Shown one piece after another: positions 1 to 7,213 of a stretch of 64,000 nt of DNA (its first letter is position 1; every line of letters starts with the position of its first letter). Source of the stretch: an uncultured bacterium (GTDB lineage: Bacteria; Auribacterota; UBA3054; JAPLST01). The stretch covers positions 10,182-74,181 of the forward strand of contig CAYNJC010000009.1 of NCBI GenBank assembly GCA_964397565.1. Reading direction: 5' to 3'. The notes below the pieces were generated by a model. The model had not been told where the DNA came from. It did no database searches and saw nothing but the letters and a program-made list of their open reading frames with translations. The position numbers and the translations under genes are program-made.

Positions 1-7
1 TGCCTGC

Positions 8-3000
8 GTGACGACACCGGCGTGGCTGCCGCCAGCGGCAGTCCATTGCTCGCTCCTCAATGCACCCGACGGGCCGGCGTGGGCATGCGTCCTGGGGCTG
101 GTGCAAAGCCATCTAAAGTCATTTGTCCAAGAAGACGGCTCGCTTGTGCTTGGATTGATAGAAGATTGGGCTAAGAGTGTCACATGGCAGAATCGTTATC
201 CGGAGGGAGCCCAATCCGTTGCAGCTATCGCGCACTGGCTCCTTTCCAGTTTCGACGAGTACCGGTCGAAGGATCAGCGCAAGCGCACGCTGAAGGTGAT
301 TGCCAAGATCCCTAATGAAGACACTGAACGTTTCGCCGCTCTTTTACAGGGAAGCCGCTGCGAGGATGATCGAGATCGGGCGGCAGAGGAGTTCCGGACT
401 ATTATATTTACAGGTATGGAAGGTAATGCAGCGGCTAGGGACATGCCCGACACCATAGTGTCGGCCGCAAACGACTATCTACTCTGTTCGGAAGCCGACC
501 TCCGTCATGAATGGGATTTCGCACCTGATCTGGAACTCGAGAGCCTCTTTGGCATAAAGTGTGGCAGGAGCCAAGAGTTCTTCCATGCCAGTGCCTACCG
601 CGGTCCCTTCCTTGCACTTCTGCGCCATCATCCTATGAAAGGCCTCGCATTTATTATCAACGTATTCAACCACAGTGCGGAGTACTATGCGCATCCGAGG
701 GTCCGCTCGGAGTATGTCGAACTGCCCTTCGAAATTACGCTGACTTTTTCGGATGGAACAGTGCGGACGCAGTGGTGTAACTCGCGACTTTGGAACCTCT
801 ATAGAGGGACTTCAGTCGGCCCCTATGTGATGCAATCTCTCCTTATGGCGTTAGAACACTGGCTGCTGGAGCTTGCAGAGATGCAAGCGCAAGAATTAGA
901 CTTGGTCCTGCTCAGAATTTTGCGAGAGAGCAGATCTGCCGCGCTCACCGCCGTCGTGGCGAGTATCGCGACTGCCTTCCCTGATGCGTCAGGCGAGACA
1001 CTGTTGATCCTGCTCAGATCGCCTTTGTGCATCCGACTAGATCGCGAGCGCCTCGTGCAAGAATCTCTGATAACGTCCAGGTTATTTCACTTAATGCCCG
1101 AATTTGACTCAAGGAACACCATCTACGACCAAGAACGGAAGGAATCGGATGCACGCCCCCATCGCCATGACCATCTTGAGACTGCCATCACGAATCTTCA
1201 GTTTGGACCGCTTGCCGCACGTGTGCATGAAATTCTCGATCAGCACCGGGGCGCCCTGCCGCCGAATTCGGAGCAGACGGAGGATGATCGCGCATGGCGC
1301 CTCTCAATGCACCGTATGGACCTTCGACAGTATTCCGTAGCCGAGGTCGATGCGACAGACGTGGTAGAGGCAACCGACGCCCCGTCTACCGAGCCTAAAC
1401 GACGCCGAATACGATTGGACCCGAACGAGCCGGAGCCGGACGTTAAGGAGATGATGCACAAGAGCGCCGTCATGCTCAATTCAATGATGGGAAAGATCAG
1501 CCTTCTCATGTGGGGTAATAAAGTGTTCGCTCATGAGCAACCTACGACTTACGATCCTGTGCAGTGGCAGCAGAGGCTAAAGGAAGCACGAACTGCCGGA
1601 GTCTGGGATGATAATGGCGAGGAGCACGACCTGCACCGAGGTGGCCCCGGGTTCGTCGCTGCTTTGTGCGTTCGCGATCACTGGGAGGACATGTCGGCTG
1701 ACGAACGGGATTGGTGCTTTGGCGTGGTCTGCTCGGAAGTGGAACGGAACGCAGATCACTGGAACAAACTTCCACGCATGCAACGGAATGGCATGTGTGC
1801 CGACCGCCCGTGCGCCTCGGTCATTTCGTTGCTAATCGGAAAATCGCTGTCCAAAACGCAGCGATTGCGTGTTGAGCAGACGTTTGCGACCGCACTGACC
1901 CATTCAAATGAGGAGGTGCGCTGGTACGCGGTGTGGGGCATCGCCAATCAGCTATGGTCCATCGACCGCGAACTGGCCATGCGCTGCGTGAATGCCCTTG
2001 CCAGCGAGGCGACTCTGGTCGACCAAGCGCGAGGCATAGAGGTCAAACGTCCCTACGACGAGCGTCGGCAAATCGACGCGATCCTAGCCGATGCGGCTTC
2101 AGCCGTCCGGCAGCGATTCTGGCACACGAGAGGTATCGCGGAGGATGCGTATCGGAGTCTGAACACTAAGCAATGGTTCGGCGCAGAGGCAAACGTGCGA
2201 ATCCTAGCGATCTTGAGTCGGGTGTCAACCGAGCCTGTGGCCATAGAGAGCTTCACGCGAGCTGCACACACGCTAGTTGAATGGTGGGATTCTGACGATG
2301 ACCGCAGACGTAGCCGCGACGGAGCACATCGCGAACGCAACCACGAGACTGAATCGGCGGTATACGAACTCCTCCGGAGTTTCGTAATGCGGACATCTAA
2401 AAATGCGCCCATAACAATACTCCAAGCAGTGCTCGATGCGGTTGACCGCCACCCGGGCGAGATCCACTGGTTCGTCCAGGGCCTGATCGGTGTTGAGGAT
2501 CGCGAGCCGAATACTAACCAATTTTGGCTTGTGTGGGAGCTTTTTGCCGACAGAGTCAGGCGCGCGAAGTGGCTGGCCCAGTTAGATGACGAACACCCGA
2601 CCGGGGACCAAATGGTTTCCGCCATTTTCCTGGGAACTTGGTGGAAGGAAGAGGTTCGCCACTGGAGGAGTTTAGAAGGACATCAACACCGTGTGCACAT
2701 TTTGTTTAAGAACTTGCCTCCTTGTTCTGTTGTGCTCGATGGCTATGTCAGGTTCCTGTATCATATCGGTCAGCAGTCCCTTCCTGAAGCCTTCGTCCAA
2801 ATTGCCGAGCGCCTCCAGTCAGGAGACACTCAATGGATGCTTAGAAGAACGAACACTGTTTTCATGCTTGAAGTGCTGCTCCAGCGGCACGTGTACAGCA
2901 GGCCACTGGAACTCAAGCAAAGCCCTGCGCTCCGTGACGCGGTGCTTGTGCTGCTTGATCTGCTCGTCGAAAGTGGTTCATCAGCGGCATTTCGAATGCG

Positions 3001-3034
3001 AGATGACTTCGTAACACCAGCCTCAAACACATGA
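8..3034 (+). CDS. Large alpha-helical repeat protein of unknown function, probably 5'-truncated by the window edge
   Basis: 1008-aa ORF. The frame stays open back to nt 2, so the true start may lie upstream. HEAT/ARM-like helical segments (e.g. NEEVRWYAVWGIANQLW). No Walker A, HExxH or nuclease motif seen by eye. AT-richer than the core of the window. Confidence 0.6.
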   Translation: MTTPAWLPPAAVHCSLLNAPDGPAWACVLGLVQSHLKSFVQEDGSLVLGLIEDWAKSVTWQNRYPEGAQSVAAIAHWLLSSFDEYRSKDQRKRTLKVIAKIPNEDTERFAALLQGSRCEDDRDRAAEEFRTIIFTGMEGNAAARDMPDTIVSAANDYLLCSEADLRHEWDFAPDLELESLFGIKCGRSQEFFHASAYRGPFLALLRHHPMKGLAFIINVFNHSAEYYAHPRVRSEYVELPFEITLTFSDGTVRTQWCNSRLWNLYRGTSVGPYVMQSLLMALEHWLLELAEMQAQELDLVLLRILRESRSAALTAVVASIATAFPDASGETLLILLRSPLCIRLDRERLVQESLITSRLFHLMPEFDSRNTIYDQERKESDARPHRHDHLETAITNLQFGPLAARVHEILDQHRGALPPNSEQTEDDRAWRLSMHRMDLRQYSVAEVDATDVVEATDAPSTEPKRRRIRLDPNEPEPDVKEMMHKSAVMLNSMMGKISLLMWGNKVFAHEQPTTYDPVQWQQRLKEARTAGVWDDNGEEHDLHRGGPGFVAALCVRDHWEDMSADERDWCFGVVCSEVERNADHWNKLPRMQRNGMCADRPCASVISLLIGKSLSKTQRLRVEQTFATALTHSNEEVRWYAVWGIANQLWSIDRELAMRCVNALASEATLVDQARGIEVKRPYDERRQIDAILADAASAVRQRFWHTRGIAEDAYRSLNTKQWFGAEANVRILAILSRVSTEPVAIESFTRAAHTLVEWWDSDDDRRRSRDGAHRERNHETESAVYELLRSFVMRTSKNAPITILQAVLDAVDRHPGEIHWFVQGLIGVEDREPNTNQFWLVWELFADRVRRAKWLAQLDDEHPTGDQMVSAIFLGTWWKEEVRHWRSLEGHQHRVHILFKNLPPCSVVLDGYVRFLYHIGQQSLPEAFVQIAERLQSGDTQWMLRRTNTVFMLEVLLQRHVYSRPLELKQSPALRDAVLVLLDLLVESGSSAAFRMRDDFVTPASNT

Positions 3035-3103
3035 GTTGCTGCCACGGTTAGGCCATCTGGATCGGACTTGAACAAGGCATTCAGCATTACCGAGTTACAC
3101 ACT

Positions 3104-3135
3104 GATTGTGGTGCTTACAATGCCAATTTGCACAG
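3104..3135 (+). repeat. Proximal motif of duplicated intergenic element, copy A
   Basis: gattgtggtgcttacaatgccaatttgcacag, 70 nt after the stop of the 1008-aa ORF. A near-identical string lies at 6094-6130, 64 nt after the ankyrin gene stop. Confidence 0.7.
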
Positions 3136-3220
3136 TGAGAACCCGATTCTGGTGAGGCACGGCGGCAGCGCAGCATCGAGGTCCAGGCCGCTGCCGGGAC
3201 TAGCCCAGTCAGCGCGGCAG

Positions 3221-3262
3221 TTTTCCGTTTTCGGTTTTCCGTTTTCGGTTTTCCGTTTTCGG
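3221..3262. repeat. Perfect 3 x 14-nt tandem repeat (ttttccgttttcgg), i.e. six heptamers
   Basis: Read directly: 3221-3234, 3235-3248 and 3249-3262 are identical. A related gttttcg heptamer array lies at 28291-28318. Confidence 0.95.
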
Positions 3263-3425
3263 ATCACCAACCAACCGCATTCGCCGCGCGGCGGCGGGCA
3301 GAGTGCGGAATGGGGCATGCATTGACAGTTGACAAATTGGGAAGCGGCGCTTCGCGCGCATAAGTAAATTCGTTTTTGCGGAAGGATTTTGAGAAGCGCT
3401 CACAAAGCGTACTGCACTAACGATA

Positions 3426-3450
3426 ACAAACGACAGAAAATGTCGTCTGT
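3426..3450. repeat. Dispersed palindrome ACAAACGACA-N5-TGTCGTTTGT, copy 1
   Basis: acaaacgaca gaaaa tgtcgtctgt; 10-nt arms with one mismatch; about 30 nt upstream of the -35 box at 3481. Confidence 0.8.
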
Positions 3451-3480
3451 GGCGACGCATCATGTCCGCTCCTATAGCAC

Positions 3481-3509
3481 TTGACACAACCGGCGCGCAA
3501 TGCTATGAT
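3481..3509 (+). promoter_or_regulatory. Near-consensus sigma70-type promoter
   Basis: TTGACA (3481-3486), 17-nt spacer, TATGAT (3504-3509). About 245 nt upstream of the TTG start at 3755. Confidence 0.55.
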
Positions 3510-3669
3510 TTTGAGTTCAGGTTGGGCTCCGGTCGTGCTGGAGCGCGGTCAGAAACAAGAATAATGTAACTGCTTTGTCATGCGTGCTATGCAGAATGTG
3601 TTTGAGGGCGTGCTGATGCTGCTCCGCGAGCACATGCCGCAGGATAATCCGAGCAAACAAACGCCAAGC

Positions 3670-3713
3670 GGCGCCGCTGTGCTTGCCGCACCAGCAGTGA
3701 ACAGAATATCATG
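3670..3713 (+). repeat. Distal motif of duplicated intergenic element, copy A
   Basis: Core tgccgcaccagcagtgaacagaatatcatg matches 6557-6598 with 3 mismatches in 32 nt. Ends 42 nt before the start of the next gene. Confidence 0.75.
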
Positions 3714-3754
3714 AGAACTAAGTAGAATTACTAGTTACAAATAAAGGAGTATGC

Positions 3755-4282
3755 TTGAGCTGGATTGTCTTTGACGAGCGACTCAACGAGGCGGACATGA
3801 TGGGAGCCGCTGGCCGCAGCCTGTTCGTTTGCCAGCACTTCGAGTCGACTTGCAAAGACATCGTCGCTTGGCTCTGTCTGGCGAAGGCGCTGACTGAAGA
3901 CCAGTTCGAGTTCCTTGACGACGCCCACAAAGACTATGTTCTAACGCTCCTCAAGCTCTTCCTGGGCAAGTCGATCGAGCGTCTCGGCGAAGACCATCCT
4001 GATATCCCTGCAGCGGACATCGACACTCTTAAAGCGGCCGCAAGCTCGCGCAACTATATCTGTCATGACCTCCTGCTCGATCACATCCATACCGGTTTTG
4101 GTCGACATTATGTGCGACATTGGGATGAGCGGCTGCACCGCGAGCGCGTGGTGGCTTTGGCGCAGGGAGACTATCTGGTCTCTCGATGGTCCTACGAGTT
4201 TCACGAGAAAGAATCCGGTGCCTTAATTGGGCGCGAGGGATACGTGGAGCGTGTCGTTCAATGGGTGTTCGCTGATGGCTAA
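3755..4282 (+). CDS. Small alpha-helical protein with an Rx4H motif; putative HEPN-domain RNase-like protein
   Basis: 175-aa ORF with a TTG start 5 nt after AAGGAG (3744-3749). Motif R99-N-Y-I-C-H104 (nt 4049-4066) fits the HEPN Rx4-6H signature (RNxxxH form). The size suits a HEPN domain. The fold assignment is an inference. Confidence 0.55.
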   Translation: MSWIVFDERLNEADMMGAAGRSLFVCQHFESTCKDIVAWLCLAKALTEDQFEFLDDAHKDYVLTLLKLFLGKSIERLGEDHPDIPAADIDTLKAAASSRNYICHDLLLDHIHTGFGRHYVRHWDERLHRERVVALAQGDYLVSRWSYEFHEKESGALIGREGYVERVVQWVFADG

Positions 4283-4365
4283 CAAGCGCATCGAGCGGAC
4301 GGCGAGAGGTAGACTGCGGAAGAGAGGCGGGTGACCGCCGCTCATGCGCCAGACGTTAGCTTAAG

Positions 4366-6030
4366 ATGAAAGACACCGAAAGAGAACTCTCGCCGCGATA
4401 CTACATTGCCGAAGGATCCATTTGGCTGTTCATTGCCATCTTGCTGGTCTCGCGATTTATTGGTCTGGCCCCAGACCAAGCTCTTCCTGTCCTGAGCGTC
4501 AATGTGGGCAACATCGAGTACTATCCCAGAGTTGTCGCCGCCTTGTTGCTCGCCGCAGTATTTTACATGGTAGTCGAATGGAAGCAGTCTGCACCCACGG
4601 CGCGAGACACAAACTGGCAGCGCATTCGCCTGAGTTTCACGGGGCTGTCGGCGGCGGCTTCACTGTGGATATCGTACCCTATCATTGCTCAAAACACGCA
4701 GTTCGCGGCCGTATCACCGGCATGGTATCTAGGATTCGCGGCGATAGGGTTTTTCCTCGGGTTATTTGGCTCGGTCTTGGCCTTCTCTGCACTGATGACC
4801 CGAAGTCTTGAGGAATCCAAGCGACTGCGCCTTCCACGTGTCCCCGCAGCGAGTCGAGCACAATTCTTTACATGGACACCGGCGATTCTGTTACTCATGG
4901 TTGCCTATTACGTTCTCATTTCGTTTTCGCCTCCAGTGATTCGCGGTATTGCAGGCGCTCTCGTTGTGGTTCCTTTCATCCTGATGATTGGCAAAAAATG
5001 GAAGTCACTTTATCTTGCACGCGATGACAATGGAAAGCGCATACCGTACTTACAGCGCATGGCGCGACTGAAAGAAATCTACGACTTTCACGATTACGCC
5101 TACTTCCTCATGGATGAAGGCGAACGTGCAACAAAAGAACTCGACATTCCTGCGCCTGATTCACCGCAGGCTGTCCAGCAGGCGATACAGAAGAACTACT
5201 CGGCAGCACAAGCTCAAACGCCCGTCAAGTTCCGTGCTCAGCTATTGGAGGCTATGCAACTTAGGTTCTACCCGAAGGACGGGAATCCGAGAAACTATCA
5301 TGCTGAGAACTGTGGTGTTGGAGTCTCCAATCATCAGGGCAGGAAAGAGCAGGTCCGTGTTCTTTTTATTCCGGAAGATTCAGGTGATCCCAAGAAGGAG
5401 ATGGCGATTTCCTGTGCTGCTGTGGAGAAGTATGCCGAAGAATACATTAGAGACCACGCCGACCAGCAGAACATGAGTTCCCGCAAGATCGTCTCCCACG
5501 CTGTCAACCGCGCCGTGATGGAAGCTATAGTTGACGATGGAGGACCTCGGCTTCACAGACTGGTAGAAAGCGGAGAAGAGACACGCGTTGCGGAGCTGCT
5601 CAAACAGAAACCTGATGTCAACGAGAGAGCTGAGGCCGGATGGACACCACTTCTCTATGCCTCTGCACAGGGTTATCCTCGAATAGTGCACATGCTGCTT
5701 GATGCTGGTGCGAACCCAGACATCGGCAACGCGCTCGGGATAACGCCACTCATTTATAGTGCACGATACGGGAATGCAGAAGTCTGCCAGGTCCTTCTTG
5801 ACTATGAAGCGGATGTGGATCTCCAAGACGTGTACGGCATGAGTGCTCTGATGGTGGCCTGTCGCGATGGTCATAGTGAGATTGTGAAGTTACTGTTGGA
5901 TGCAAGAGCAAATCCCAAAATCGAGACAAGGGAAGGCAAGACTGCCTTGGACTTCTGCTATGCATGTGGTCACGGCCGAATTGCCAAAACACTGAAGAGA
6001 GCTAACAAGAGCATTCAACATGCAAAATGA
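4366..6030 (+). CDS. Multi-pass membrane protein with C-terminal ankyrin repeats
   Basis: 554 aa. About six hydrophobic helices in the first ~210 aa. Four to five ANK repeats at the C-terminus (GWTPLLYASAQGYPRIVHMLLDAGANPD, GITPLIYSARYGNAEVCQVLLDYEADVD, GMSALMVACRDGHSEIVKLLLDARANP, GKTALDFCYACGH). Confidence 0.8.
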   Translation: MKDTERELSPRYYIAEGSIWLFIAILLVSRFIGLAPDQALPVLSVNVGNIEYYPRVVAALLLAAVFYMVVEWKQSAPTARDTNWQRIRLSFTGLSAAASLWISYPIIAQNTQFAAVSPAWYLGFAAIGFFLGLFGSVLAFSALMTRSLEESKRLRLPRVPAASRAQFFTWTPAILLLMVAYYVLISFSPPVIRGIAGALVVVPFILMIGKKWKSLYLARDDNGKRIPYLQRMARLKEIYDFHDYAYFLMDEGERATKELDIPAPDSPQAVQQAIQKNYSAAQAQTPVKFRAQLLEAMQLRFYPKDGNPRNYHAENCGVGVSNHQGRKEQVRVLFIPEDSGDPKKEMAISCAAVEKYAEEYIRDHADQQNMSSRKIVSHAVNRAVMEAIVDDGGPRLHRLVESGEETRVAELLKQKPDVNERAEAGWTPLLYASAQGYPRIVHMLLDAGANPDIGNALGITPLIYSARYGNAEVCQVLLDYEADVDLQDVYGMSALMVACRDGHSEIVKLLLDARANPKIETREGKTALDFCYACGHGRIAKTLKRANKSIQHAK

Positions 6031-6093
6031 CTCGCGCGACGCAGGCCATTTTGAGCATGATGCTCGACGTTAGCGCCGCGCCGCGCGGGGCCT

Positions 6094-6130
6094 ATTTGTG
6101 GCTGGCGTTTACAATTGCCAATTTGTGCAG
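6094..6130 (+). repeat. Proximal motif of duplicated intergenic element, copy B
   Basis: atttgtggctggcgtttacaattgccaatttgtgcag aligns with 3104-3135, allowing a few indels and mismatches. Confidence 0.7.
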
Positions 6131-6556
6131 AACAGCAAGACGTTTTCCTCGAACCACTCCGTCGGCGGCTGGCGAGACTATCAAAGCCAACTCCAAGCAG
6201 GGTGCGCGGCTATCCACGCTCCACACCTGCGGCGGGACAAAATTGACCAAGTCAGCGCGAAGGCAGTCTTGTGCTTTTTGTGAGTTGTTGTGGCAAAACA
6301 TGTTGTTCCTGCTGTGGTGGCGGTCAGACATCCCCAGTGCCGTCTGCAAACAAGCTCCATTACTGATTGGCAGAATCGCCGCACAGAGGCGGCTCCCACA
6401 TTCTTTAAGCATCTGCCACCGACGTATCCCGCCGCTGGCGGAACTCCATGCAGCCATAAGTCGCTGCCGTACGCCACGCGCTCCGCGCGGGGCATGCTGA
6501 CCGTGCTGATCGCGGTTGACTCCGCCGCTGCGCAATGCTTTGATAGCGCCACGTTG

Positions 6557-6598
6557 CGGCACCGTGCCTGCCGCACCACCAGTGAACAGAATGTGATG
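6557..6598 (+). repeat. Distal motif of duplicated intergenic element, copy B
   Basis: Core tgccgcaccaccagtgaacagaatgtgatg. Ends 50 nt before the brnT start. Confidence 0.75.
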
Positions 6599-6647
6599 TC
6601 GGAAGACATGGATTTGCGTTGATAGCGGTAAGAAGATATACTATGCC

Positions 6648-6923
6648 ATGCGATTCGAATGGGATCCAGACAAGGCGGCAGCGAATCTCAGAAAGCACGG
6701 TGTCTCGTTCTCCGACGCGGCAACGGTGTTTGGCGATCCGCTGTCCCACACTTTTTTCGATCCAGACCACTCAGCAACCGAGGAGCGTTGCATCACAATC
6801 GGCGTATCGCGTTCGGGGATCCTGTTGGTCGTTGCCCATACGGAACACGGCGAGCGGGTGCGGATCATCAGCGCACGGAAACCAACACGCACGGAGCGAA
6901 ACTATTATGAAGACAAGAAATAG
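6648..6923 (+). CDS. brnT: BrnT-family (DUF497) type II toxin
   Basis: 91 aa. MRFEWDPDKAAANLRKHGVSFSDAATVFGDP...RIISARKPTRTER is the typical BrnT/DUF497 pattern. Confidence 0.85.
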   Translation: MRFEWDPDKAAANLRKHGVSFSDAATVFGDPLSHTFFDPDHSATEERCITIGVSRSGILLVVAHTEHGERVRIISARKPTRTERNYYEDKK

Positions 6924-7128
6924 TACTCAGGACAAAGACACACTCCGCCCGGAATATGACTTCACGCAACTGAAGTCGCGCGGAAGGGGCAGATACGCCA
7001 AGCGCTACCGTGAAGGAACGAATCTTGTCTTGCTTGCGTCAGATGTGGCGGATGTGTTTCCCGATGACGCATCGGTCAACGAGGCGTTGCGGACGTTGAT
7101 GCGCGTGGGCCAGCTGCACGCGCGATAA
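6907..7128 (+). CDS. brnA: BrnA-like antitoxin
   Basis: 73-aa ORF starting at an internal ATG of the 6619..7128 track ORF. It overlaps the brnT stop by 17 nt. LRPEYDFTQLK...NEALRTLM resembles the cognate antitoxins encoded downstream of BrnT. Confidence 0.7.
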   Translation: MKTRNSTQDKDTLRPEYDFTQLKSRGRGRYAKRYREGTNLVLLASDVADVFPDDASVNEALRTLMRVGQLHAR

Positions 7129-7213
7129 AGGAAAACGAACCACCGAACCCGCAGGTGGAGGCGAACCCGCCTGGCGGGCCGCCTCACCTGCGGCGACACG
7201 GCAGGAGCACGTG

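Noticed and set aside
3121-3132. tgccaatttgca within the duplicated proximal motif considered as a sigma54 -24/-12 promoter.
   Set aside because: It does not fit TGGCAC-N5-TTGC in spacing or in the GG/GC dinucleotides, on either strand.
6548-6600. The reverse-strand reading ILFTGGAAGTVPQRGAIKALRSGGV (and ILFTAGAAS in copy A) looked like a Rossmann/SLOG-type GG..G motif from a decayed gene.
   Set aside because: The similarity between the two copies is explained equally well at the DNA level, every frame is interrupted, and the resemblance to any family is too short to support.
6027-6622. ORFs inside the 617-nt gap after the ankyrin gene (6027-6500 +, 6092-6562 -, 6181-6609 -, 6290-6622 +).
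   Set aside because: They are mutually overlapping, Arg/Cys/Ala-rich and without motifs or a Shine-Dalgarno sequence. The region is better explained as copy B of the duplicated non-coding element.
6619-6647. TTGATA-17-TATGCC immediately before the brnT ATG considered as a promoter giving a leaderless mRNA.
   Set aside because: The -10 match is weak and abuts the start codon. The evidence is not enough to annotate it.
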